Part shown: positions 27,577-37,791 of the stretch, piece after piece | Layout: each line of letters starts with the position of its first letter | Position numbering within the stretch: the stretch's first letter is position 1 | Origin: an uncultured delta proteobacterium | GTDB taxonomy: Bacteria; Myxococcota_A; UBA9160; SZUA-336 | Assembly (NCBI GenBank): GCA_963704165.1 | Contig: CAVPHD010000001.1 | Span: 352,001-416,000, forward strand | DNA: 64,000 nt | Reading direction: 5' to 3' | The notes under the pieces: generated by a model | Seen by the model: only the letters and a program-made list of their open reading frames with translations | What the model was told of the DNA's origin: nothing | Database searches by the model: none | Made by a program: the position numbers and the translations under genes

Positions 27577-29520
27577 ATGAACCAACTCACGTACTGGGTC
27601 GAGCGACTGCTCCTTCGGGGCATGCGCTACCGCCTGCTGCTCGTGGCGATGGTGATCGCGTCGCTCTCGATCGTCGCCGGCGCCGTGGTCTGGCTGCTCG
27701 AGCCCTCGATCGGGAACCCGGCGGAAGCGGTCTGGTGGGCGTTCCTGCGCATCACCGACACGGGCTACCTCGGCGACGACGAGGGCAACGTACGCCGCAC
27801 GGTGTCGGCCGTCCTGACGGTTCTCGGCGCGGTCATCTTCCTCGGCGCGTTGATCGCAATCATGGTCCAGGGTCTCAACCAGGGCATCGCGCGGCTCGAG
27901 TCCGGCACCACGCCGATCGTCGCGCGCGATCACATCGCGATCCTCGGCTGGACGAACCGCACGCCGGAAGTGATCGCCGAGCTGATCGAGTCCGAGGGGC
28001 GCGTCGCGCGATTCCTACAGCGAAGCGGTGCGCGCAGGCTGCGCATCGTCGTGCTCGCCGAAGAGGTCACGCTCGCGCTGCACCACGAGCTGCGCGAGCG
28101 ACTCGGCCGGAGCTTCAGCGAGCGGACGATCACGCTCCGGTCCGGTTCTCCGCTCAAGTACGAGCACCTGCGCCGCGTCGACATCGAGCACGCCGCCGCG
28201 ATCCTGATTCCCGGCTCGGACTACGATCCGTCCGGCCCCGAGCGGATCGACGCGAACACGGTGAAGATCCTGCTCTCGATCTCACGGCACGGCGGCGACG
28301 ACCCGAAGACGCTCCCGCTCGCCGTCGCGGAGATCTCCGATCCGCTGCGCACGTCGCTCGCCGAGGACGCGTACCGCGGACCGCTCGAGGTGATTGCCGG
28401 CGACGCGATCGTCGCGCGCATCATCGCGCAGTGCGTGCGCCATCCCGGGCTCTCCGACGTGTATTCGCAGATCCTCACCCACTCGGTCGGAAGCGAGGTG
28501 CACGTGCGCGCGTTTCCCGCACTGAACGAGCGGCGCCTGCGCGGGCTCTACGACGCGTTTCCGACCGCGATTCCACTGGGCACGGTGCGCGCGGGCGGAA
28601 AGAACCTGCACCTGAATCCACCCGAGGATTTCGCGATCGGAAACCAGGACCGGATCGTCTTCCTCGCAACGAATCACGAGGGTTGCGAGCCTTTGAAGCG
28701 CATTCCGCCCGAGGCAGCTTCTACCGGCGCGGCCGCCGAGCCGCGCGCGCTTCCGCCCATGCCGGATCGCCGCCGCGTTCTCGTGCTCGGCTGGAGCCCG
28801 CGCGTATCCGCGCTGGTCGCGGAGTTCGGCCGTTACGACGCCGAATCGTTCGACATCGACGTGGTGTCGATCACCGGCACGCGGGTGCGCGACTCGCACC
28901 TGTCGCGCTTCGAGGTGCCCGAAGGCCGCGTGAACGTGAAGCAGATCGAGCGCGACTACACGGTGCCCGCCGAGATGCGCAAGCTCGAGCCCGCTCGCTA
29001 CGACAACATCGTTCTGGTCTCGAGTCACTGGACCGGCGCGGAGGAAGAAGCCGACGCGCGCACGATCCTCGCGTATCTGCTGCTCCAGGAGATCCTGCCC
29101 GAGAGCGGCGATCGACCGGCGATCCTCGCCGAGATCATGGACTCCGAAAACGTCGCGCTCTTCACGCGCGCGAGCTGCGAGACGCTGCTGCCGATGGTGA
29201 TCCTGTCGCACCTGCTCTCGCAGGTCGTGCTGCGTCGCGAGCTCGGCGCGGTCTTCGACGAGCTCTTCGGTCCCGGCGGCGCCGAGCTCGTCTACCGCAG
29301 CGCGTCCGAGTACGGGCTGGCGGAGCGCAGCATCCGCTTCGCGGACGCGCAGAACGAGGCCGCGCGAAACGGCGAGATCGCCCTCGGGTTCCATTTCGAA
29401 ACCACCGCCACGCCCCAGGCCGGCGCGCTCCTGAACCCACCGCGCGACGCCGTCTATCGACTCGCGCCCGGAGACAGCATCGTCGTCCTCACCACCTACT
29501 CGTCGCTGCCCTGCCTGTGA
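27577..29520 (+). CDS. CASTOR/POLLUX (DMI1)-like ion channel with tandem RCK domains
   Basis: Two TM helices flank the pore WWAFLRITDTGYLGDD. RCK motifs HIAILGW and VLVLGW, DARTILAYLLL, C-terminal LNP...GDSIVVL. Confidence 0.85.
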   Translation: MNQLTYWVERLLLRGMRYRLLLVAMVIASLSIVAGAVVWLLEPSIGNPAEAVWWAFLRITDTGYLGDDEGNVRRTVSAVLTVLGAVIFLGALIAIMVQGLNQGIARLESGTTPIVARDHIAILGWTNRTPEVIAELIESEGRVARFLQRSGARRLRIVVLAEEVTLALHHELRERLGRSFSERTITLRSGSPLKYEHLRRVDIEHAAAILIPGSDYDPSGPERIDANTVKILLSISRHGGDDPKTLPLAVAEISDPLRTSLAEDAYRGPLEVIAGDAIVARIIAQCVRHPGLSDVYSQILTHSVGSEVHVRAFPALNERRLRGLYDAFPTAIPLGTVRAGGKNLHLNPPEDFAIGNQDRIVFLATNHEGCEPLKRIPPEAASTGAAAEPRALPPMPDRRRVLVLGWSPRVSALVAEFGRYDAESFDIDVVSITGTRVRDSHLSRFEVPEGRVNVKQIERDYTVPAEMRKLEPARYDNIVLVSSHWTGAEEEADARTILAYLLLQEILPESGDRPAILAEIMDSENVALFTRASCETLLPMVILSHLLSQVVLRRELGAVFDELFGPGGAELVYRSASEYGLAERSIRFADAQNEAARNGEIALGFHFETTATPQAGALLNPPRDAVYRLAPGDSIVVLTTYSSLPCL

Positions 29521-29545
29521 GACACTGACGCGAGGAGGATTCGCG

Positions 29546-30049
29546 ATGGACGAGGCTGCGAAGAAGACGGCGCTGCGGATGATCCCCTACGGAATCTACG
29601 TGCTGACCGCGCGCGGCAGCGACGGATCGGTCGCGGCCGCGACCGTCAACTGGGTGACGCAGACGTCCTTCAAGCCGCCGCTCGTCGCGGTCGCCGTCAA
29701 GGCCGACTCGTCCGCGCACGCGATCGTGAAGGCGAGCCGGGCCTTCGCGCTGAACGTGCTCGGCAAAGGCCAGCAGAAGCTCGCGTTCGCGTTCTTCAAG
29801 CCCGCCGCGCTCGAGGGGAACCGGATCTCGGGCGAGGCCTTCCGCGCCGGGACGACCGGCGCGCCCGTGCTCGAGAACGCCGCGGCCTTCGTCGAGTGCC
29901 GGGTCGTGAACGCGGTCGAGGGTGGCGACCACACGGTCTTCGTCGCCGAGGTCGTCGATGCGGGTGTGGCGAAGGCGCCGAGCGGTCGTGCCGACGACGC
30001 GACGCTGTGGATGAAGGATCTGGGCGACACCGTCTTCTACGGCGGTTGA
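29546..30049 (+). CDS. Flavin reductase family protein
   Basis: GAGGAG RBS. Motifs IPYGIYVLT, QTSFKPP and GDHTVFVAEV. Confidence 0.93.
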   Translation: MDEAAKKTALRMIPYGIYVLTARGSDGSVAAATVNWVTQTSFKPPLVAVAVKADSSAHAIVKASRAFALNVLGKGQQKLAFAFFKPAALEGNRISGEAFRAGTTGAPVLENAAAFVECRVVNAVEGGDHTVFVAEVVDAGVAKAPSGRADDATLWMKDLGDTVFYGG

Positions 30050-30804
30050 ATTCGAGCGAGCGCGTGGCGGATGAAGTCGCGCGTCTCTTCGAGCGCGTCC
30101 GACTGATTCCCCGTCGGCCAGGTGAGCGCGCGCGCGACGACGTCGCGCCACTTCCCGTCGAGATTCTCGAGCGCCCAGCGCGCGGCGGCCGGCTTCGAGA
30201 CCATTTCGCCGCGCTCGAGCGCGTGGAGTGCGCGGCACATCGTGAGCACCGCGAAACACTGGTACTCGCGCGGGCGCAGGAAGTCGTCCGCTACGAGCTG
30301 CCGCGCCCAGAAGCCGCGCAGGAGCGCGACGACGGCACCGCGAAGCTCGGCCGCGCCGACCGGATCGATGAAGCTTCGCGGCTCTGGGCCTGCGATCACG
30401 ACGCCGTGCTCGCGAAGGATCCAGCGGGTAATCACCCCGTCGACGTCGTGCGGCTCGATCCGGAGCCGCGCGCCGATCGGCAGGAGCGGATGCCGCGCAT
30501 CGTCCGGGTCGTAGCGGCGCATGGCGGCGAGCGGGATGTACGAACCCTCGAGGTGCTCCGCGAACGGCCAGGCACCGGTAGCGGAGAGCCGCTCGTGCAT
30601 GTCGGCGAGCGCCGCGACGACTTCGTCGGAAAGGACCTCGGAGGTCACGACCAGGAAGTCGATGTCACTGCGCTCGCGGGCGAAGTCACCCGTCGCGAGC
30701 GAGCCGTCCAGGTACAGGCCGACGAAGCGCGCGCCCAGCACCTCGCGAGCGCCCGCGAGCACCGTCGCGAGCGCGGAGGCGACGTCCGCGGGCAGCTCAC
30801 CCAA
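30037..30804 (-). CDS. Nucleotidyltransferase with DUF4111 (AadA/ANT-like)
   Basis: Pol-beta motif GSLATGDF...SDIDFLVV. C-terminal VLTMCRAL...VSKPAAARWAL. Confidence 0.85.
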   Translation of the reverse strand: MGELPADVASALATVLAGAREVLGARFVGLYLDGSLATGDFARERSDIDFLVVTSEVLSDEVVAALADMHERLSATGAWPFAEHLEGSYIPLAAMRRYDPDDARHPLLPIGARLRIEPHDVDGVITRWILREHGVVIAGPEPRSFIDPVGAAELRGAVVALLRGFWARQLVADDFLRPREYQCFAVLTMCRALHALERGEMVSKPAAARWALENLDGKWRDVVARALTWPTGNQSDALEETRDFIRHALARIQPP

Positions 30805-31300
30805 ACTCGGGTCCGTAGCGGACGCAGCCGCTCACGTCGGCGAGCGCGCCCTTCGCGAGCTCCATCGCCATGAACGCGTCGCTCGGCGGCCGCTCGCCGA
30901 AGCTCAGACCGAATCGCGCGGCGGGCACGAAGCCGAAGCGCGGGTAGTAGCCGGGATGACCGAGCACGACCAGGAACGGAGCGCCGCGAGCGCGACAGGC
31001 TTCGATCCCGGCGCGGCAGAGCGCGATGCCCGTGCCCGCGCGCTGAAGCGTCGGCAACACACCGACCGGACCAAGTCCCATCGGCGCGCGCGCGAAACCG
31101 TGGCCGTCCACGGAAACCGGACTGAAGCAGACGTGACCGACGATCTCGTCGCCTTCGAAGGCGGCGAGCGAGACGCAGTCGCCACCGCGCACGTGGAGTG
31201 CTCGCGCAAGCTCCGCTTCCGCATCCCGTCCGAACGCCTCGCGGTGCACGTGGACGATCGCCGCTTCGTCGTTCGCTGGAGCTACACGGATCTCTGTCAC
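30797..31300 (-). CDS. GNAT N-acetyltransferase (YhbS-like)
   Basis: GTG at 31300. Motifs IVGHVCFSPV, LGPVGVLPTLQRAGTG and VLGHPGYYPRFGF. Confidence 0.9.
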   Translation of the reverse strand: MTEIRVAPANDEAAIVHVHREAFGRDAEAELARALHVRGGDCVSLAAFEGDEIVGHVCFSPVSVDGHGFARAPMGLGPVGVLPTLQRAGTGIALCRAGIEACRARGAPFLVVLGHPGYYPRFGFVPAARFGLSFGERPPSDAFMAMELAKGALADVSGCVRYGPEFG

Positions 31301-31893
31301 CCGGGAACGGCCGTGCACACGATCGTGGCGCGCGTCAGCTGGTGACGGCGCTGGAACTCCGCCCGGCCGACGTCGGCGCGCGACGCCTCCCACGCAGCCA
31401 GGCTCGCGTACCGCGTGAGGAGCAGCACGCGGGCGTCGGGCGGATGCACGTCGAGGCTGCGGAAGAAGCCGCAGATCCGCGCCTCGTATCCCCCTTCGAA
31501 GCCGGGCCAGGCGCGCGCGGAGAGATCGGCGAACTCGGGCCAGTCCCGGTCGAGAATCGAGAAGAAGCGGAACGCATACACACCTGCGCGAAGCGGCGGC
31601 ACCGGGTTCTCGGGACGAAGCGTCGCGATCATTCGCTCCGCACGCGATTCGAGCGCCGTCGAGAACGTGCCCTGAAGCGCCGCCGCGCCCTTCGCGAGCG
31701 CTTCCTCGTCGGGCCACGCGGTGAGCGCGATGCCCTCGTTCGCCTCGAGGCCGATCTGACCTCGCCATACACCGAAGAGCGACCCTCCGTTCTTCCGGGC
31801 GATGGAGTCGCCTTCCAGCCGCAGCCGCTCGGCGAAGCGCTCCCACTCGCCGGCGCCGACCTTGAAGCGGCGGTACTCGTACGTCTCGTTCAC
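31297..31893 (-). CDS. Hypothetical protein, NIPSNAP-like tandem alpha/beta
   Basis: Two repeats (YEYRRF...GVW and YAFRFF...GFF...TRYASLAAWEASR). Overlaps the GNAT start codon. Confidence 0.6.
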   Translation of the reverse strand: MNETYEYRRFKVGAGEWERFAERLRLEGDSIARKNGGSLFGVWRGQIGLEANEGIALTAWPDEEALAKGAAALQGTFSTALESRAERMIATLRPENPVPPLRAGVYAFRFFSILDRDWPEFADLSARAWPGFEGGYEARICGFFRSLDVHPPDARVLLLTRYASLAAWEASRADVGRAEFQRRHQLTRATIVCTAVPG

Positions 31894-31903
31894 GACGGTC
31901 CGC

Positions 31904-32647
31904 TCAGGGAATCGCTTCGAGAACGCGCGTCGGATCGATGCGCACCCGGTAGTTCTCGGTCAGATCGCGCCAGCGGATCGTGGAGCTCTCGATCACATAG
32001 GTGGCGGGCCGCGCGATGTCTCCGGTCGCCGGCGGCTCGGCCATCGGGTTGCCGCCGCGGTGTCTCAGGCCGAAAGCGTCGATCGCGGCGAGATCGGGAT
32101 CCGACAGCACCGGGAACGTGAGCCCGAGCTTCTCGACCACGGCCCGGTTCTGCTCGACGCCATCGACGGAAACCGCGACGAGCTTCGCGCCCGCGGCCTG
32201 GAAATCCGAAGCTCTAAGCTGCAGCCCGCGCAGCTCCGACATACAGAAGGGTCACCAGTGACCGCGGAAGAAGACGAGCACGAGCTTCTCGCGCGCGAGC
32301 GAGCCGAGCTCGACATCCTGGCCGCGGTCGTCGCGAAGCACGACGGCGGGCACGGTCTCGCCGACGTCGAGCGCGAGCTCGACTCCGGGAAGCACGCTCG
32401 AGAAGACGTAGCAGTACCAGACGAAGAACCCGCCGAGGAAGAGCGTCAGGACCAGCCCGATCGAGGCGAGCGCACGGCGGCGCGAGCGAACGAGCCCCGC
32501 GACCGAGAAGCCGAGCGCGATCGCGAGCACCGTCAGATTCACCCACGGCACGTCGCGCGTGATCGGCCACGTGGCGAACACCGTGAAGTAGGAGAGGACG
32601 CCGACGATCGCGAGTATCGGGCCGAGCCAGACCATCCCGGCCAGCAT
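31904..32647 (-). CDS. Membrane-anchored peroxiredoxin-like (AhpC/TSA) selenoprotein, UxxC
   Basis: The ORFs 32252..32905 and 31904..32242 are in one frame, separated by a single TGA (32252-32254): FFRGHW-U-PFCMSEL. It continues to VAVSVD, FPVLSDP and ARPATYVI. Three N-terminal hydrophobic helices. Confidence 0.88.
32216..32236 (-). promoter_or_regulatory. Putative bacterial SECIS hairpin
   Basis: On the mRNA strand GAGCUGC-GCGGGCU-GCAGCUU starts about 15 nt after the in-frame UGA and has a G-containing apical loop. Confidence 0.6.
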
Positions 32648-32724
32648 ACACCGCTCTTTGCACTCGTCTAGCGTGGCCTGCCAGAATCGCGCGATCCGTC
32701 GAAACGTGTGGCAAGGAGATCCCG

Positions 32725-34272
32725 ATGGCGTCGATCGCGCAGACCCGGTCCGGCAAACTCGAGGGCGAGGAGCGGGAAGGCATCCACGTCTTCCGGGGCG
32801 TTCCGTACGCGGCGCCGCCCGTCGGCGCGAAGCGCTGGCGCGCGCCCGAACGCGAAGCGCCCTGGTCGGGTGTGCGCTCGGCGAAGAGCTTCGGGAACGC
32901 GTCACCCCAGAATCCGCTGCCGCTCGATCTGCTCACCGCGTTCAAGATCGAAGAGCCCCAGAGCGAGGACTGCCTGTATCTGAACGTCTGGACTCCCGGT
33001 CTCGACGGCGCGCGCCGTCCGGTGATGGTCTGGATCCACGGCGGCGCGTTCACGATCGGTTCGGGCGCGCAGTCGCTGTACGAGGGCGCGGCGCTCGCGA
33101 AGCGCGGCGACGTCGTCGTCGTCACGATCAACTACCGGCTCGGCGCGCTCGGCTTTCTGCGGCTTTCCGAGCTGACGAACGGGCGCATTCCCTCGACGGG
33201 AAACGAGGGCATGCTCGATCAGCTCGCGGCGCTCGAATGGGTGCGCGAGAACATCGCGGCGTTCGGCGGCGATCCCGAGAACGTGACGATCTTCGGCGAG
33301 TCCGCGGGCGGCATGAGCGTCGGCACGCTGCTCGGCATGCCGAAAGCACGCGGGCTGTTCCAGAAGGCGATCCCGCAGAGCGGTGCGAGCCACACCGCGA
33401 GCCCGCTCGAGCGGCACGTTCGGGTGGCGAGAAAGTTCGCCGAGCTCTCCGGCGCGTGGGATGCCGAGGTTCTGCTCGCGCTCCCCACCGCCGACGTGCT
33501 CGCGGCGGCCGCGCGGATCGCGCCGGTACCGGGTCAGGAGTCGGATCCGCAGATCGGCGGCATGCCGCTTCAGCCGGTGATCGACGGCGACATCGTACCG
33601 AGGCGCTCGATCGAATCCGTTTCGCGCGGCTCGGCGGCGGGTGTGGGCCTGCTGATCGGATCGACGCTCGACGAGTGGAAGCTCTTCGCGGCGGTGGACC
33701 CGGCCGTGACCTCGCTTCGCGACGGATCCCTGCTCGAGCGCGTCGAGAAGCGGCTCGGCGGCGTGGGACGGCCGCTCGTCGAGACGTATCGCAAGGCGCG
33801 CACGGAGCGCGGCGTCGGCGCCACGGCACCCGAGCTGTTCATGGCGATCGAAACCGACCGGATCTTCCGCATGCCCGGGCTTCATCTCGCCGAGACGCAA
33901 CTGCAGCACGACCCGCGCGTCTACAGCTACCTGTTCACCTGGCCCTCTCCGATGTTCGGCGGAATGTTCGGCGCGTGCCACGCCGTCGAGCTCGGCTTCG
34001 TCTTCGGCACGCACACGAACCCCGGCATGGCGGACTTCTCGGGCTCGGGTCCCGAAGCCGATGCGCTCGCCGGGAACACGATGGATGCGTGGCTCGCGTT
34101 CGCGCGCACCGGCGATCCGAGCTGCAAGGGACTGGGGAGCTGGCCGACCTACACCGTTTCGGATCGGGCGACCATGCTGCTCGGCAAGAGCTCCTCGGTC
34201 GAGCGCGCCCCGCTCGAAGCGGAGCGCTCGGCCTGGAACTCCGTCCCGACCCACGTGCTGGGCGCGGTCTGA
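32725..34272 (+). CDS. Type-B carboxylesterase
   Basis: SEDCLYLN, WIHGG, GESAG, and catalytic His in ACHAVEL. Confidence 0.95.
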   Translation: MASIAQTRSGKLEGEEREGIHVFRGVPYAAPPVGAKRWRAPEREAPWSGVRSAKSFGNASPQNPLPLDLLTAFKIEEPQSEDCLYLNVWTPGLDGARRPVMVWIHGGAFTIGSGAQSLYEGAALAKRGDVVVVTINYRLGALGFLRLSELTNGRIPSTGNEGMLDQLAALEWVRENIAAFGGDPENVTIFGESAGGMSVGTLLGMPKARGLFQKAIPQSGASHTASPLERHVRVARKFAELSGAWDAEVLLALPTADVLAAAARIAPVPGQESDPQIGGMPLQPVIDGDIVPRRSIESVSRGSAAGVGLLIGSTLDEWKLFAAVDPAVTSLRDGSLLERVEKRLGGVGRPLVETYRKARTERGVGATAPELFMAIETDRIFRMPGLHLAETQLQHDPRVYSYLFTWPSPMFGGMFGACHAVELGFVFGTHTNPGMADFSGSGPEADALAGNTMDAWLAFARTGDPSCKGLGSWPTYTVSDRATMLLGKSSSVERAPLEAERSAWNSVPTHVLGAV

Positions 34273-34285
34273 AGGAGCGGTGGAG

Positions 34286-35793
34286 ATGACCCCGATCGTC
34301 GAGACCCGTCTCGGAAAAGTGTCGGGCGAGAGCCTGGGCGACCACGTTCGCTTCCGCGGAATTCCGTACGCCGCTCCGCCCGTCGGGGAGCTTCGCTTCC
34401 GCGCGCCGCGCCCGGCGACTCCCTGGTCGGGGGTGCGCGCCGCGGTCGAGTTCGGCCACTCGGCGCCGCAGAACCCGAGCTTCCTGCCGGGGATGGAGTC
34501 GGGTGCGCAGAGCGAGGACTGCCTGTACCTGAACGTGTACACGCCGCGCGCGGACGGCGCGCTCCGACCGGTTCTGTTCTGGATCCACGGCGGTGGCTTC
34601 ACCGGCGGCTCGGGCGGGCAGGCGCTCTACGACGGCGGACGCCTCGCCGCGCGCGGCGACGTCGTCGTCGTGACGATCAACTATCGGCTCGGCGCGCTCG
34701 GGTACACGACACTTGCCGGGCCTCGACCCGAACTCGGGTCAACAGGACCAGATCGCCGCGCTTCGGTTCGTGCGCGACAACATCGCGGCGTTCGGCGGCG
34801 ATCCGTCGCAAGATCACGATCTTCGGCGAGAGCGCGGGTGGAATGGCGGTCGCGACGTTGCTCGGCATGCCCGCCGCGCGCGGGCTCTTCCGCGGCGCGA
34901 TCGCGCAGAGCGGCGCCGCTCATCACACGCACAGCCCCGACAGCGCGACGCGAATCGGGCAGAGCGCTGCTCGCCGAGCTCGGGCTCTCGCCGGGCGACA
35001 CCGAGAAGCTTCGCGACGTGCCGGTTCCGGCTCTGCTCGCGGCGCAGGCGCGCGTACTCGCCGAGAACACGCGTGCCGGCGGACTGCTCGCGTTCGCGCC
35101 GGGTCTCGACACCGAAACGCTTCCGCGTCACCCGCTCGAGGCGGTGCGCGACGGAGCGGCTCGCGACGTCGCACTTCTCGTCGGCGCGAACCGCGACGAG
35201 ATGAAGCTCTTCCGCATGGGCATGGCCGCGAGCAGCGAGCTCGACGAGGCGCGGACTCGTCAAGCGGGTTCGAGCGGGACTGCGCGTCCACGGCGCCGAC
35301 GAGTCACACGCGCCGAGACTGATCGAGACCTACCGCGCGGCGCGCACCCTCCGCAGCCTCGACCGAGCCCTTCGAGCTCCTCGACGCGATCGATTCCGAC
35401 CGCACGTTCCGCGTGCCTTCGATCCGACTCGCCGAGGCCCACGCGGCGCAGCAGCCACGACACCTACCAGTACCTCTTCACCTGGAGTTCGCCCGCCGGC
35501 GCGGCACGCTCGGGGCCTGTCACGCGCTCGAGCTTCCGTTCGTGTTCGGAACGCTCGACGCACCGACGATGGACCGCTTCGCCGGCAAGGGCCCCGACGC
35601 GGAGACGCTCGCCGCGCGCATGATGGACGCCTGGATCGCGTTCGCGCGCAACGGCGAGCCCGGCCACGAAGATCTGCCGGCCTGGGCGCGCTACGACGCC
35701 GCGAAGCGCGCCACGCTGGTCTTCGATCGCGAGTGCGAGCTCGCGCACGCTCCGCTCGATGCGGAACGCGCGGCGTGGGACGGAGTGATCTAG
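34286..35793 (+). CDS. Second type-B carboxylesterase, multiple frameshifts about 34710-35510
   Basis: ATG at 34286 after GGAG. SEDCLYLN, WIHGG, GESAGG and ACHALELPFVFG are distributed over several frames. Confidence 0.85.
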
Positions 35794-36347
35794 GCGGCCG
35801 AGCGCGGATTCCCGCGGCCCGTGAGGGGAATGCGGGCGTGCAGCCTTCCTTCGGGGTTCTCGACGATCGCGACGCTCTCGAGTGATGCCTGGATCGGAAG
35901 CGGAACGTCGGCACACAGGCGCAGTGCCGCCGCGACCTGCCCGGGATCGAGTGCCGTGGTGAGCGTGCAGTGCGGCACCCAACGACCGGGCCGGTAGTAC
36001 TCCCACGGATCGCGGGCGGCGGCTCCGAAGAGCGCATCGAAGCGCGCGTGCAGGTCGATCAGCTCGCGCGTCGCGATCACGCCGAGGAAGACCACGCCCT
36101 GGCGATTCGAGAACGTTCCCAGCGAGACGAAGGTCGCGTGCAGCTTCGGCTCGCGCGACGCGAACTCGGAGAGCTGGCGTGCGAAACCGACCGGGTCGAG
36201 CCGGGCGCAGACCCCGAGCGAGACGTGCGGGGTGTTCCCGAGCTCGAGCAGGCGCGACGGCAGACCCGCCTCCGCGATCCGCTCCCAGATCTCGCGGATC
36301 CGCGCTTCGGCGGCCTCGTCCAGGAACAGCTCGATCGCGAAGTTCAT
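35790..36347 (-). CDS. 2H phosphoesterase (2'-5' RNA ligase family)
   Basis: Two Hx(S/T) motifs: PHVSL and PHCTL. Confidence 0.85.
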   Translation of the reverse strand: MNFAIELFLDEAAEARIREIWERIAEAGLPSRLLELGNTPHVSLGVCARLDPVGFARQLSEFASREPKLHATFVSLGTFSNRQGVVFLGVIATRELIDLHARFDALFGAAARDPWEYYRPGRWVPHCTLTTALDPGQVAAALRLCADVPLPIQASLESVAIVENPEGRLHARIPLTGRGNPRSAA

Positions 36348-36418
36348 GGCCGCGATGATGGCGATCGACTTCCGCCCTGCCAAGGTTCCGTCGGCCTTCG
36401 CGCGTGTATGATCGCGAG

Positions 36419-37711
36419 ATGGCGGATCTACTCGGGCTTGCGGCCCGCTACATCGACGAAGGCGTCTACGAAGGACCGGGATCGGTCAACCGGACGAACA
36501 CCGAGCTCTCGGAGCTTGCCGACGACGTCGCGCTGATCGAGGCGTTCTCGCACGTGGTCGTTCTGCGAACGGATGACGGGCTCGTCATCTTCGACACGAG
36601 CCTCGAGGCCTTCGCCGCGCCGATCCTCAAGAGCCTGCGCCGCTGGTCGGACGCACGCGTACACACGATCGCGTACACGCACGGACACGTGGACCACGTG
36701 GGCGGATCGCAGGCCTTCGTCGACGAAGCCCGCGCCCGCGGGCGTGTGACCCCGCGCTTCGTCGGGCACGAGAACGTCACGCCGCGATTCGCGCGCTACG
36801 AGCGCACGAACGGCTGGAACCGCGCGATCAACACGCGGCAGTTCGGACGCGCGGGGCTGCTCGGAGGGCCGGAGGCCCGCTTCGGTCCGAAGTCCTGGGT
36901 CCGGCCGGACACGAGCTTTCGCGAGCGCATGCGACTCGGCGTGGGGAACCTCACGCTCGAGCTCCGGCACGCACGCGGCGAGACCGACGATCACCTCTAC
37001 GCCTGGATTCCCGAACGAAAGGCGATCGCCGTCGGCGATTTCGTGACGTGGGTCTTCCCGAACGCGGGCAATCCGCAGAAGGTGCAGCGTTACCCGCTCG
37101 AGTGGGCGCAGGCGCTGCGCGAGATGAGCGCGATCGGCGCGGAGCTGATGCTGCCGGCACACGGTCTGCCGATCGCGGGCCGCGCACGAATCCAGCGCGT
37201 GCTCGACGACATCGCGGGCGCGCTCGAGCAGATCGTGAACGAGACACTCGCACGCATGAACGCGGGCGAGACGCTGGACGAGATCGTGCACGGCGTTCGC
37301 GTTCCCGCGCATCTGCTCGAGCGGCCGTACCTGCGGCCCGTCTACGACGAGCCCGAGTTCGTGGTTCGCAACGTCTGGCGACAGTACGGCGGCTGGTACG
37401 ACGGGAACCCCGCGCATCTGAAACCCGCGCCCGCGGCCGCATTCGCGCGCGAGTTCTCGGCGCTGGCGGGCGGCGTCGCGTCGATCGTCTCGCGCGCTCG
37501 TTCGCTGGCGGGGGACGGCGATCTGCGCCTCGCCTGCGAGCTCGTCGAGATCGCCGTGCAGGCGGAACCGGAAAGCCGCGAGGCCCACTCTGCGCGCGCC
37601 GAGATCTACGGCGCGCGCCGCAAGTCCGAGCTCTCGCTGATGGCGCGCGGAATCTACGGCTCGGCCGCCGAGGAGTCGGCAGCGAAGAGCGAGCGACTCC
37701 CGCCCGGCTAG
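36419..37711 (+). CDS. MBL-fold alkyl sulfatase-like hydrolase
   Basis: THGHVDHVGG, GETDDH, PNAGNPQKVQR, LPAHG and GWYDGNPAHL. Confidence 0.9.
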   Translation: MADLLGLAARYIDEGVYEGPGSVNRTNTELSELADDVALIEAFSHVVVLRTDDGLVIFDTSLEAFAAPILKSLRRWSDARVHTIAYTHGHVDHVGGSQAFVDEARARGRVTPRFVGHENVTPRFARYERTNGWNRAINTRQFGRAGLLGGPEARFGPKSWVRPDTSFRERMRLGVGNLTLELRHARGETDDHLYAWIPERKAIAVGDFVTWVFPNAGNPQKVQRYPLEWAQALREMSAIGAELMLPAHGLPIAGRARIQRVLDDIAGALEQIVNETLARMNAGETLDEIVHGVRVPAHLLERPYLRPVYDEPEFVVRNVWRQYGGWYDGNPAHLKPAPAAAFAREFSALAGGVASIVSRARSLAGDGDLRLACELVEIAVQAEPESREAHSARAEIYGARRKSELSLMARGIYGSAAEESAAKSERLPPG

Positions 37712-37791
37712 CGACCGCGCGGGCTCCCGAGGGATTCGATGCGTTCAGGAAATGACGGTGGCCTGCTCCTCGCGGAGTTGAGCGACATCGC

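Noticed and set aside
35790..36347. 2H phosphoesterase as a defence or anti-defence component
   Set aside because: It lies among metabolic hydrolases, 18 kb from the nuclease island, with no contextual support.
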